DNA of 64,000 nucleotides, from assembly GCF_024502345.1 (NCBI RefSeq), contig NZ_JALDNN010000001.1; one strand, given 5' to 3'. Both the position numbers and the translations under genes were made by a program. Below, in pieces: positions 49,906 to 60,900 of this stretch. Position 1 is the stretch's first letter, and the number at the start of each line of letters is the position of its first letter. Source of the stretch: Escherichia coli (GTDB lineage Bacteria; Pseudomonadota; Gammaproteobacteria; Enterobacterales; Enterobacteriaceae). Under the pieces are notes generated by a model. The model ran no database searches, had not been told where the DNA came from, and saw nothing but the letters and a program-made list of their open reading frames with translations.

Positions 49906-50055
49906 AAACCTCCGGTTTTAGAGAAGAAGAAACCACGCGGATTTAATATCAATCCACATTCTTTGATGACTTAATGCAGGGCCCTGCAGAAGCATGCAAT
50001 GACAATACCGTCCTTAAACGAGTGTTGCATCAATCACGAATCACAGATCATAGGT

Positions 50056-51186
50056 TCATTTTTTCGTGTCATAACTTTCTATGACCTGAGAAACCACTGC
50101 GTGCGATGTCGCTGCATTGTGAAAAGCGTAGCGACGGGTCGCCGTGAGTGAATGGTGATTTAGCAGATGGGAAGCGATTGCAATATCCCCGGTCGCCTGT
50201 AGTACCCGGGTGGCAAAGGTACGGCGCAGGTCATGCATCCGCAGGTTATCAATGTTGGCATCCCGACAAATACGGGCAAAGGTTGCACGCGGATATGCCA
50301 GAGGGCGGGCATTGTCGGTTAGTTGTGGAAAAATGTAAGTTTTGCTGAGCATCAGGTCTTGCTGGCACTGGACAACTGCAATGGCTGGAGGTGCAAGTGG
50401 GCAGGTGAAAGGGTGTCCGGACTTTGTATCAGGCAGTATGAGTTGATGCATATCCGGGTGCCAGTACTCCCATTTCAGGGTACATACCTCACCAATACGC
50501 ATCCCCGTATAAAGAGCAAGCAATATAGAATCAGCTGCCGGTGTTTGCAGCGCTGTTGCCGCGTCAATAAAGCGCGGGATTTCTGTCGCTGATAGTGTGC
50601 GATAGCGAATGTTATTTTCTTTCAGATAGCGGACATGTGACATCGGGGAATGTGTGATCCATCCAGCACGTACTGCCAGAGAGCATATTTTGGACAATAT
50701 TGCGAGGATACGGTTTACTGTTGACGGACGTAATTTTTCCCGTAAGCCAGCAGCATATTGTTCTAGTTCCCCTGCCGTGATGTCGCGAAGTTGCCGCTTG
50801 CCCCAGAACGGGCGAACGTAGAGGTTGAGTTTTGACAACTCTGACTGAGGACTCTTTTTATACAACTGCAAATCCGGTAGCCACAGGTCATTGATGGCCT
50901 GTTCCACAGTGAATCGACGGGACTGAACCGCAAGACGATTTTTATCAGCAAGCAGTTTCATCACATGCTGACGGGCATCCTCAACGCAGAGCTGAGGGAA
51001 CTGACCCAGGGTTTCATATATACGCTGATTGTTTATAGTGGCACGAAAGGCCAGCGTGATCCGATTGGGATACACCAGAGCACGCAGGTTTTGGCAGTGA
51101 ATATCACGGTATTCCTGACAACCCGTGAGGGGATGTGGAAGTTGGTGAAGTGATTTGTTGCTGAAACGCAGATCCAGAATAGGCAT
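50056..51186 (-). CDS. Second tyrosine recombinase (XerC/D-like integrase)
   Basis: C-terminal catalytic motifs HDLRRTFATR, LLNHH, TATRRYAF. Confidence 0.8.
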   Translation of the reverse strand: MPILDLRFSNKSLHQLPHPLTGCQEYRDIHCQNLRALVYPNRITLAFRATINNQRIYETLGQFPQLCVEDARQHVMKLLADKNRLAVQSRRFTVEQAINDLWLPDLQLYKKSPQSELSKLNLYVRPFWGKRQLRDITAGELEQYAAGLREKLRPSTVNRILAILSKICSLAVRAGWITHSPMSHVRYLKENNIRYRTLSATEIPRFIDAATALQTPAADSILLALYTGMRIGEVCTLKWEYWHPDMHQLILPDTKSGHPFTCPLAPPAIAVVQCQQDLMLSKTYIFPQLTDNARPLAYPRATFARICRDANIDNLRMHDLRRTFATRVLQATGDIAIASHLLNHHSLTATRRYAFHNAATSHAVVSQVIESYDTKK

Positions 51187-51329
51187 CGTATTTCTCCTGT
51201 AAATGACACTGGAAAAATACGATGTGAGGTTATAGTCTGCCAGTTACAGCTTTCACAGTTCATCAGGTGAAAAAACGCAGATTCGGATATAATGGCAACA
51301 CAATTCCATGTCGCCATTATATTAAGAAA

Positions 51330-52460
51330 CTACAGTTTCATGATCTTGTTCGCTATTTTTTCGAAGTAAACCTCATTCTTAAGAAGAGTGATATTGTTTG
51401 TTTGAACACCCAGACCACTGGAGGTTGACTGGAAGTTGAGTGAACCACTTATCACTGTGGACTTTCCTGATAAAAATGAAATCAACTCCTTGGAAGATGG
51501 TGCCCACTCAGGGTTTAAGAGTAATGCAATATAGATATATGTCTTACGAAGCAATTGTTCTATATCTTTTTTATGCCCTGTAGTGTTTTGCTTACCTTTA
51601 ATGCAAATAGATTTGATTATGAACTCATCAGGGCTGGTTAAAGGCGTTTTAAACTCACTCAGTGATCCATCGTTATGAATGACTTCATAAGGCAGCATAG
51701 ATAAAATGATCAATGCAATCATTTTAGGATGATAAAGGTAGTTATCACGAATGATTTTTCCTGCCTTCATTGTATTGAGCGTTGTTTGAATAAATACAAA
51801 AAGATATTCAGAGCAAAAGTAACAAAACACAAGCCAGGATAGGTCAATGGATGGAATGTTAATATCCTTAGGTAGTTTGTTTAGCCAGTATTCAGACTTC
51901 AAAAAGGTCCTGATTTCAACAGTATATTCATGCATTTTTGCGCTGAAATCAAGCATTGCTACTTGACCTGATTGTTCCGTAACTGTGTGGTCTATAAATG
52001 TTAGTGTATTGCACATTTTATCCAGCGTGTTTTGAAAACAAGAAAGGAGTTCGGCATTATTATTACCATTAACCGCAGATGAAAGTTCAGTTTTAATAAA
52101 TGCATCCAGTAGCATACAGATTTCTTTCGGAATGACATTTTTACGGGATTGCTGTGAATAGAAATGTACTGCCAGTAAATTAAAGGCAGTGCACTCCTTT
52201 TTTAACCATTGTTCGAGCACTGGGACGTGCTGAAAAAAATTGATATGCTTAGCAGTAGATGCTGATGGAGATAGTACATGAAGAATATCTACAGCAGGCT
52301 TCATTTGCAATATTTGATCGGATTCGGTAGTCGTCATTAGTTCCAGTAATTGCTGTTCAGAAAATAGTTTAGACAGGTGATCAATGTCTTTTTGGTATTG
52401 ATTAAGTTTTGTTAAATTCCCCGGTATACGGGTTACATTGTTTTTCATTTTCTCGAACAT
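51330..52460 (-). CDS. Hypothetical protein (AT-rich gene, no recognisable motifs)
   Basis: 376-aa ORF, Lys/Asn/Ile-rich; long uninterrupted frame in a strongly AT-rich stretch. Confidence 0.5.
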   Translation of the reverse strand: MFEKMKNNVTRIPGNLTKLNQYQKDIDHLSKLFSEQQLLELMTTTESDQILQMKPAVDILHVLSPSASTAKHINFFQHVPVLEQWLKKECTAFNLLAVHFYSQQSRKNVIPKEICMLLDAFIKTELSSAVNGNNNAELLSCFQNTLDKMCNTLTFIDHTVTEQSGQVAMLDFSAKMHEYTVEIRTFLKSEYWLNKLPKDINIPSIDLSWLVFCYFCSEYLFVFIQTTLNTMKAGKIIRDNYLYHPKMIALIILSMLPYEVIHNDGSLSEFKTPLTSPDEFIIKSICIKGKQNTTGHKKDIEQLLRKTYIYIALLLNPEWAPSSKELISFLSGKSTVISGSLNFQSTSSGLGVQTNNITLLKNEVYFEKIANKIMKL

Positions 52461-52966
52461 AATTTTATCCTCGTTTGAATTATTACACTGATTTAAAAAG
52501 TAGCATGTCGTGTTAGCGAGGTAATCCTAAAACGTGAATGGCAGCAGGGGCAAGCTTGAATCTGCGTAAGGATATGGCTTGAATTTAATGGTGTAATCAG
52601 TGAGTTAGAGGCTTATAGCCATTTAAATACAATAAGTTATGATAATATATGGCGGGTGTAAATCGGTTAGTTTTTATGGTTAAAATATGAGCATTGTGAG
52701 ATTTGAGATATGATGGTTTTTAAATTACATACAAGTTACCCCTGATGATCAGTATTAATACCAGAATGATACATGCGAGCAGCACCCAATCCTGTACTAT
52801 TTATGATGGCTATACAAGGCTGAAACTTTGAGTCGTATGTTGCCAGGAGGATTAATGTCCACAAGGCCCAGATAGAATGATTTCTCAGATATTAAAGTTG
52901 AAACTTATTAACTATGTGAGAGGCTGATATTTATTCAGTCTCTCATTTGTTTTTATCGTTTTAAAG

Positions 52967-54202
52967 TTAAAAGGAAATAAATAATGCCTTCCGCCGATGA
53001 ATCAGTGTACTGATTTCTCGAAAATCAGCCTCAATACTACCAACATCACCAAAGACTTCACCACTAATCTCTCTTCGATTTTTCATGAAATTGGTGCTTA
53101 ATAAGCTTTCTTTTTTTAGTGTCACTAATTTTGGTTTTATATCGTTATAGAAATGCTTACGGCTTACCCTGATGCTATGAATCGAGTAGTAAACTGTTTT
53201 ATACATCAAAAATATAAGTAACTGGCCGAGAAGATATTCTTTTTCAATGTATTTATATTGAGAGGATTTTTCGCGTTTCGCCAGGTAGAAAACATGAGGT
53301 GCGATGATGGTGGGGATGAAATCCAGTGCTGGAGAGGTTTTGGTTTTTTCTGTTTCTCTTCCGGATTGAAGATGTTGAAGTACAGAGTATACAATGCTTA
53401 AAATTATGGCGTTACTTATATTATTAATTGCAGTTGGGTAAATATGCAGATTGCTTATCAATTCTGAAAGGCAAAGTAAAACACCAGTGATGTTGGGTTT
53501 TCTGCCGGAGATTGTGGTGCTGTTGAAAATGTGACGATTCTTACGACTTATATTGACAAGTTTATGAGTGCAGAACTCTATATGTTCGACGATTTTATCT
53601 TGACTATTTTTAATGTATTTTGAAATGTTAGTGATCCGGCCATTCAACGTTAGTTCATCAAGCAATATATCATTTTTAATATTGCGAATTTCATCGCAAT
53701 GTTCACATTGAGAAACTATCTCATGTAATACATAACTCGACGTATTGCGGGGTGACGCTGATATGTAATCTAAAATAGAAGGCTCGATTTTGATTTTTTG
53801 TTTGTATTTTTTAATGCACTGTTTGATTGTTTTTTGTAGAGTATTTGAGATGTGTTTTTTATATTCTTTTAGAAAATCTTGCTCTAAAAAGAGTGAGGAG
53901 AAGATCAACTGCTGGCGAGATAATTTAATCTCAGGCTTGATCAATTTAATCCGAAAAACTCTTCCCTCCAACTCATAGCTGAACATGGAAGATAAGTCAT
54001 AGTGGGGTGATAAATGTTCGAGTAACGACATTCGTGTATTCATTAGCCGCTTGAATTTATGGTCAGCATACATAAGTGTTTTTTTTATTTGCTCATCATA
54101 AAGTGGGCCGATAGCGCAGTTGGCAATACTCATTCTATCCGGAGACCTCCAGTCAGCAGGGGAATCACATTGACGGTCATCATTACTATCAAAGGGCATC
54201 AA
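52967..54202 (-). CDS. Hypothetical protein (AT-rich gene, no recognisable motifs)
   Basis: 411-aa ORF, similar composition to the preceding gene; divergent from hsdM. Confidence 0.5.
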   Translation of the reverse strand: MMPFDSNDDRQCDSPADWRSPDRMSIANCAIGPLYDEQIKKTLMYADHKFKRLMNTRMSLLEHLSPHYDLSSMFSYELEGRVFRIKLIKPEIKLSRQQLIFSSLFLEQDFLKEYKKHISNTLQKTIKQCIKKYKQKIKIEPSILDYISASPRNTSSYVLHEIVSQCEHCDEIRNIKNDILLDELTLNGRITNISKYIKNSQDKIVEHIEFCTHKLVNISRKNRHIFNSTTISGRKPNITGVLLCLSELISNLHIYPTAINNISNAIILSIVYSVLQHLQSGRETEKTKTSPALDFIPTIIAPHVFYLAKREKSSQYKYIEKEYLLGQLLIFLMYKTVYYSIHSIRVSRKHFYNDIKPKLVTLKKESLLSTNFMKNRREISGEVFGDVGSIEADFREISTLIHRRKALFISF

Positions 54203-54505
54203 CGTTGCCGATTATGGATCATGTCAGCTCCACACACCAGAACGGGTGATATATGGATCATCATTACCCCAACGGCAGTTTTACACCATGGCTAATATGG
54301 ATGCTATCTTACTAAGATAATTGGTTTTTAGCGAGTGACGAGCCCGGTTGTGTCAGTCTGTCTCATGTCGATATTACGGGGATGATGCAAACCTGAATGC
54401 TGCGATATTGGCGTGTCAGGGGAGGCATCTTACGGTATCATTTACCGCAATTTTTAAGATGCAAAGCCCTGCATCGCTAGCTTTTTCTTCAGACCAGGAT
54501 GATTC

Positions 54506-56029
54506 ATGAACGACAAAATCAGTCAGGACACGATCAACAAAGCCCTGTGGGCCGCGTGTGATACGTTCCGTGGCACCATCAGTGCTGATACCTATAAAGA
54601 CTTTATCCTTACCATGCTATTCCTTAAGTACATTTCGGATGTCTGGCAGGATCACTACGACGAATATAAAGTGCAATATGGTGATGAGCCGGAACTGATT
54701 GAAGCGATGATGGCGAACGAGCGCTTCGTGTTGCCGAAAAGCGCCAGTTTCTATGCGTTGTACGAGCGACGTCATGAGCCGGGCAACGGTGAGCGTATCG
54801 ATCAGGCGCTGCATGCGATTGAAGAAGCCAACGGCACCAAACTGAAAGATGCCGGGAAAAGTGTCTTCCAGGATATTTCGTTTAACACTGACCGTCTGGG
54901 CGAAGAAAAACAGAAGAACACCATCCTGCGTCAGTTGCTGGAAGACTTTGCCGGTGAAGATCTTAACCTGAAGCCAAGCCGTGTCGGTACGCTGGACGTT
55001 ATCGGTAATGCTTACGAATATCTGATCAAAAACTTTGCTGCCAGCGGTGGGCAGAAAGCCGGGGAATTCTATACCCCACCGGAAGTTTCGGATCTCATCG
55101 CTGAACTGCTTGATCCTCAACCCGGTGATACAATCTGCGACCCGGCCTGTGGTTCCGGTTCGTTGCTAATGAAGTGCGGGCGTAAAATTGTCTCAGGACA
55201 TGATAGCCGCAACTATGCGTTGTTCGGTCAGGAAGCGATTGGCTCCACGTGGTCGCTGGCGAAAATGAACATGTTCCTGCACGGCGAAGATAACCACAAA
55301 ATCGAGTGGGGCGATACCATTCGTAACCCGAAGTTGTTGGATAAAAACGGCGACCTGATGCTGTTTGATATCGTGACCGCAAACCCACCGTTCAGCCTGG
55401 ATAAGTGGGGCCATGACGAGGCCGAGAATGATAAGTTTGGGCGTTTCCGTCGCGGTGTACCGCCGAAGACTAAAGGGGATTACGCCTTTATCTCGCATAT
55501 GATCGAAACCCTGAAACCGGGAACGGGTCGTATGGGCGTAGTGGTGCCGCACGGTGTGCTGTTCCGTGGCTCCAGCGAAGGCAAAATTCGTCAGAAGCTG
55601 ATTGATGAAAACCTACTCGATGCGGTGATTGGCCTGCCTGAAAAACTGTTCTACGGTACGGGTATTCCTGCTGCAATTCTGATTTTTAAAAAGCAGAAAG
55701 TGGATGACAAGGTGCTGTTTATCGACGCCAGCCGTGAATTTAAGGCAGGTAAAAACCAGAACCAGCTCAGCGCAGAAAACATCGAGAAAATCGTCAAGAC
55801 CTACCGTGATGGCGATAGCGTCGAGAAATATGCCTACCTTGCCAGCCTGAAGGAGATTCAGGACAACGATTACAACCTCAATATTCCGCGCTATGTCGAT
55901 ACCTTTGAAGAAGAAGAAGATATCGATTTACTTGCCGTTCGTGCTGAGCGGGAGGAATTGAAAGCGGAACTGGCGAAATTGGAAACGCAGATGGCGGGTT
56001 ATCTGGAGGAGCTGGGTTATGGTGCCTAA
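54506..56029 (+). CDS. hsdM: Type I restriction-modification system methyltransferase subunit HsdM
   Basis: 507-aa ORF; SAM-binding motif DPACGSGSLL and catalytic NPPF (TANPPFSLDKW). Confidence 0.9.
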   Translation: MNDKISQDTINKALWAACDTFRGTISADTYKDFILTMLFLKYISDVWQDHYDEYKVQYGDEPELIEAMMANERFVLPKSASFYALYERRHEPGNGERIDQALHAIEEANGTKLKDAGKSVFQDISFNTDRLGEEKQKNTILRQLLEDFAGEDLNLKPSRVGTLDVIGNAYEYLIKNFAASGGQKAGEFYTPPEVSDLIAELLDPQPGDTICDPACGSGSLLMKCGRKIVSGHDSRNYALFGQEAIGSTWSLAKMNMFLHGEDNHKIEWGDTIRNPKLLDKNGDLMLFDIVTANPPFSLDKWGHDEAENDKFGRFRRGVPPKTKGDYAFISHMIETLKPGTGRMGVVVPHGVLFRGSSEGKIRQKLIDENLLDAVIGLPEKLFYGTGIPAAILIFKKQKVDDKVLFIDASREFKAGKNQNQLSAENIEKIVKTYRDGDSVEKYAYLASLKEIQDNDYNLNIPRYVDTFEEEEDIDLLAVRAEREELKAELAKLETQMAGYLEELGYGA

Positions 56030-57266
56030 GGGGTGGAAACGAGTACCGATTAAGGATGTGTGCGAGTCTATAATCGATTGCGTAAATAAAACAGCTCCAG
56101 TTGTTGATTATGAAACTCCCTTTAAGATGATTCGTACCACGAATGTACGTAATGGAAGGGTTAATACTGAAGACGTCAGATATGTGACTGAAGACACTTA
56201 CCTGCAATGGGTTCGACGCGGAAAACCGCAAGTAGGTGATATCATCTTTACACGTGAAGCACCTGTAGGAGAAGCAGGTGTCCTGCAAGATGCTGAAGGT
56301 ATTTTCCTCGGGCAAAGAACGATGATGTATCGAGCTGATACCTGCCTTTCAGATAACTATTTCTTGTTCTACTCGTTATCAAGTCCCTTCTGCCAGAAAC
56401 AAATTGAAGATTTTAGCAATGGCGGTACTGTAGCTCATATGAGAGTTCCAGATTGCGGTGAGATATTGATCAATCTACCGCCTTTCCTCGAACAAAAGAA
56501 AATCGCCCAAATCCTGTCAACCTGGGATAAGGCGATTTCGGTGACGGAAAAGCTTCTCACCAACAGCCAGCAGCAGAAAAAAGCCCTGATGCAGCAATTG
56601 CTTACTGGGAAGAAACGCTTGCTGGATGAGAATGGGACAAGGTTTTCTGAAACTTGGAAATTATATGCCTTATCGAAATTATTTCAGAGAGTTACGACTA
56701 AAAACAATGGAAAAAGCAACAATGTTGTAACCATTTCTGGACAACATGGTTTGATTAAACAGGAAGACTTTTTCAAGAAAACAGTCGCATCAGATACCCT
56801 TGATGGTTATTTCTTATTAAAAAAAGGGCAGTTTGCTTACAATAAAAGTTACTCTAATGGTTATCCGATGGGTGCAATAAAAAGATTAAATCGATATCCA
56901 GAGGGAGTAGTAACAACTCTGTATATATGTTTTGAACTTACTACACCCAAAAAATCATGTGGTGACTATTGGGAGCATTATTTTGAGTCAGGGCTTTTGA
57001 ATAACAGTTTGTCTCAAATTGCTCATGAAGGTGGACGGGCTCATGGCTTGCTAAATGTAAAACCTTCGGACTTCTTTTCATTAAAAGTTGCGGTTCCTGG
57101 CTTTGAAGAGCAACAAAAAATCGCATTAGTTCTGTCCGCTGCCGACACCGAAATCTCCACACTGGAGAAAAAACTCGCCTGCCTGAAAGACGAGAAGAAA
57201 GCCTTGATGCAGCAACTGCTGACCGGGAAACGTCGGGTGAAAGTGGATGAGGCGGTTGCCGTATGA
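56019..57266 (+). CDS. hsdS: Type I restriction-modification system specificity subunit HsdS
   Basis: 415-aa ORF with two target-recognition domains separated by conserved repeats (KKALMQQLLTGKKRLL and KKALMQQLLTGKRRVK); overlaps the hsdM end. Confidence 0.85.
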   Translation: MVPKGWKRVPIKDVCESIIDCVNKTAPVVDYETPFKMIRTTNVRNGRVNTEDVRYVTEDTYLQWVRRGKPQVGDIIFTREAPVGEAGVLQDAEGIFLGQRTMMYRADTCLSDNYFLFYSLSSPFCQKQIEDFSNGGTVAHMRVPDCGEILINLPPFLEQKKIAQILSTWDKAISVTEKLLTNSQQQKKALMQQLLTGKKRLLDENGTRFSETWKLYALSKLFQRVTTKNNGKSNNVVTISGQHGLIKQEDFFKKTVASDTLDGYFLLKKGQFAYNKSYSNGYPMGAIKRLNRYPEGVVTTLYICFELTTPKKSCGDYWEHYFESGLLNNSLSQIAHEGGRAHGLLNVKPSDFFSLKVAVPGFEEQQKIALVLSAADTEISTLEKKLACLKDEKKALMQQLLTGKRRVKVDEAVAV

Positions 57267-57946
57267 AACTGACGAAAAGCGGTCCACTGACTGACCGGGA
57301 AATCGACTGGCTGGAAGAAATATTAATGAAGTATGGAATGGATGATTCTGTACTCTGTTTCTCTGAGCTGGATGGATTGCTGACGGCGATTTTATCAGGT
57401 CCAAATATGGTTTCACCCAATATCTGGCTGAGTGCTATTTGGGGAGGAGGCGATTATCATCCGAAATGGTCATCTGAGAGAGAGATGGAGCGTTTTGTCA
57501 GTCTGTGTTTTCAGCATATGAACGATATCGCTGGTTGCCTTTATGACGCCCCTGAACTGTTTGAGCCGATTTTCAATGAGCGTGAGGTAAAGGGGGAAAA
57601 ATATACCATTGTGGAAGAGTGGTGTTTTGGTTATATGAAAGGAAAGTCACTGGATGACTGGTCTGGTCTTCCCGGTGAGTTACGGCCTTCTCTGGAAGTG
57701 ATCGCTCTTCATGGCGTGGAGAAGAATTTTCCTGTACTTGAGAAAATGACCGGAGAGCAGTTTGAGAAAAGTATTTCCCTTATTCAGCCTGCTGCACTGG
57801 CACTTTATCAGTACTGGTTGTCAGTGAGAATGTCAGAGGCATCATCCCGGCCTGTTCCAGTGAAGGGGGCAGAAAACATGCCCGGGCGAAATGACCCGTG
57901 TCCGTGTGGCAGCGGTAAAAAATTTAAGAAGTGCTGTCTGCATTGA
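57263..57946 (+). CDS. YecA-like (UPF0149) protein with C-terminal SEC-C zinc motif, embedded in the Type I R-M operon
   Basis: 227-aa ORF; C-terminal GRNDPCPCGSGKKFKKCCLH; start overlaps the hsdS stop (ATGA). Confidence 0.8.
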   Translation: MKLTKSGPLTDREIDWLEEILMKYGMDDSVLCFSELDGLLTAILSGPNMVSPNIWLSAIWGGGDYHPKWSSEREMERFVSLCFQHMNDIAGCLYDAPELFEPIFNEREVKGEKYTIVEEWCFGYMKGKSLDDWSGLPGELRPSLEVIALHGVEKNFPVLEKMTGEQFEKSISLIQPAALALYQYWLSVRMSEASSRPVPVKGAENMPGRNDPCPCGSGKKFKKCCLH

Positions 57947-57995
57947 TGAATCTTCATGTGACCAGTAGCGAGTAGCGCCAGAAAGAAAAGGATTA

Positions 57996-60900
57996 ATGAT
58001 GAACCAGACGTACACGCCAAAATTCCAGGAAGAATACAGCGCCAAAATTCCGGCACTGACGTTACTGACCAGCCTCGGCTGGACGTTTTTATCTCCGAAA
58101 CAGATTATGGATTACCGGGGCTATAAACAGGATGAGGTGGTGCTGCGTCCGGTTCTGCGTGAAGAGCTGTCGAAGCGTTCCTTTATGGCGGGTGGCAAAA
58201 CCTGCCAGTTATCGGAAAAAGCACTGGATAACCTGATATCACAGGTCTGTTCTCCGGCGCTGAATGAAGGGCTGCTCAAAGCCAATGAACGGATGTATAA
58301 CCATCTGCTCTACGGTATCGCCGTCACGGAGTTTGTCGATGGCAAGAAGGTCAACCCCACCATTGCGCTGATCGACTGGGAACATCCGGAAAATAACCAG
58401 TTCCACTTTACTGAAGAATTTACGGTATTGCGGTCAGGTGGTGTTGAAACCCGGAGGCCAGATATTGTCTGCTTTGTTAATGGTATCCCGCTGGCTGTTA
58501 TTGAAGCGAAAAGCCCGGCTGGTCATGGCAAGAAAGGGCCAACCATTGACGAGGGGATATCCCAGAGTATCCGCAACCAGTTCAACGATGAAATCCCGCA
58601 GCTGTTTGTCTACAGCCAGTTATTACTTTCGATTAACGGTCATGACGGGCGCTACGGTACATGCCATACGCCAATGAAATTCTGGGCGGCATGGCGCGAA
58701 GAAGATATTACCGATGCGCAGATGTATGCTCTGCGCAACCATCCTTTATCGACTGAACAAATTCATGCGTTGTTTGATCATCGTCCATCAGCCGATCTCA
58801 ACTGGTACCAACAGTTAATCGCCGCCGGTGAACTGGCTGTCAGTGGACAGGACAAACTGCTCATCAGCCTGCTTTCGCCGGAACGTCTGCTGGAGATGAC
58901 CCGCTTCTTCACTCTGTTTGATAAAAAGACCGGGAAAATTGTCGCCCGCTATCAGCAGGTGTTCGGTATTAAAAGACTGCTGGAGCGCATCAGTACCCGC
59001 AGACCCGATGGGGGCAGGGAAGGTGGTGTTATCTGGCATACCACCGGCTCTGGCAAATCGTACACCATGGTGTTCCTCAGCAAGGCGCTGATTCTTCATG
59101 ACAGCCTGAAGCGGTGTCGTATCGTGGTGGTGACGGACCGTATCGATCTTGAAGAACAGCTCAGCAGTACCTTTGCATCCGGCGGCGAGTTGGCCGGGAA
59201 AAAAGACAAAGCCAATGCAATGGCGACATCCGGGCAGATGCTGGCGAAACAGATTGGCTCCGGTAAAGAACGCATCATTTTCACCCTAATCCAGAAATTT
59301 AATTCAGCGACAAAACTTCCTGAATGCGTCAATACCAGCCCCGATATCATCGTTCTGGTTGATGAAGGACACCGTAGCCAGGGTGGTGAGAACCATGTGC
59401 GAATGAAACTGGCACTGCCGAACGCCGCCTTTGTGGCATTTACTGGTACGCCATTGCTAAAAGAAGATAAGACCACCAATAAATTCGGACCGATTGTCCA
59501 CGCTTATACCATGCAGCGAGCGGTAGAAGATAAAGCCGTTACACCTTTGCTGTATGAAGAACGTATTCCCGACCTTGAGGTTAACGATCGGGCAATAGAT
59601 GCCTGGTTTGATCGTATTACCGATGGGTTAAGCGAAGCGCAAAAAGCCGACCTGAAGCGTAAATATGCCCGTAAAGGTGAGGTTTATAGTGCAGATGATC
59701 GCATCCGTCTGATCGCACTCGATATCGCCACGCACTTCTCGAAGAATATTGATGAGGGACTGAAAGGCCAGCTTGCCTGCGACAGCAAGATTTCCGCCAT
59801 CAAATATAAAAAGTATCTTGATGAAGCCGGGTTGTTTGAGTCAGCTGTAGTTATCAGCCCGCCGGATACCCGGGAAGGGAATACCGAAGTGGATGAAAGC
59901 AAACTGCCGGAAGTGACGAAATGGTGGAAGGATAATGTCGGCACGCAGGATGAGTCTGTGTATACCCGTAATGTCATCAGTCGTTTCGATACCGATGAGA
60001 AGCTCAAATTGCTGATAGTCGTTGATAAACTGCTCACCGGGTTTGATGAGCCGAAGAATACCGTGCTGTATATCGACAAGCCGCTTAAGTCCCACAACCT
60101 TATCCAGGCGATTGCGCGGGTGAACCGACTGCATCCACTAAAAAAGTTCGGTCTGCTGATTGATTATCGCGGTATTCTGGCTGAGCTGGACACGACTATC
60201 GGCAAATATCAGGACCTCGCCTCCCGAACTCAGGGCGGATACGATATCAAAGATATTGACGGGCTGTACAGCGCCATGAGCTCTGAATACAAGCGCCTGC
60301 CGCATCTGTATAACCAGCTGTGGGCCATATTTGCCGGTGTTAAAAACAAAAATGATACTGAGCAGTTACGTGCGGTACTGGTGCCTAAAATGGAAGAACG
60401 TGACGGAGAGATGGTCGATATCCATCAGAAAACCCGTGATGATTTCTTCGAGGCGTTAACGGCCTTTGCCGGATGCCTGAAAGTGGCACTGCAGTCCGCT
60501 ACCTTCTTCACCGACAAGAGCTTTACGGAACAAGACCGAAATCTCTATAAAGAAACCGTAAAACAGATGTCCAGCCTGCGCCAGTGGGCGATGCAGGTAA
60601 GTGGAGAGCAGGTCAATTATGACGACTACGCTGAGCAGGTGAAAAAACTGCTGGATAAGCATGTCACCGGCGTTGAAGTTCGTGAACCGGATGGCGTGTA
60701 TGAAGTCGGTAAAATGGGCAAGAGCGAAAAGCCCGAAGAGTGGGACAACAATAAAACCCGCAATGAAACCGACATCATTAAAACCCGTGTGACAAAGATG
60801 ATTGAGCAGGAATTGCGTGATGACCCGTATGCTCAGGAGGCATTTTCAAAACTCCTGCGTATGGCTATCGAAGAGGCTGAAAAACTGTTTGACCATCCGC

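Noticed and set aside
52914-52960. Imperfect hairpin with following T-run near the stop of the 411-aa ORF
   Set aside because: The T-run is on the plus strand while the adjacent gene is on the minus strand, and the stem has a mismatch; evidence too weak to call a terminator.
57263-57946. Interpreting the yecA-like gene as the native chromosomal yecA marking the end of the island
   Set aside because: It is flanked on both sides by Type I R-M genes with overlapping start/stop codons, so it lies inside the acquired operon.
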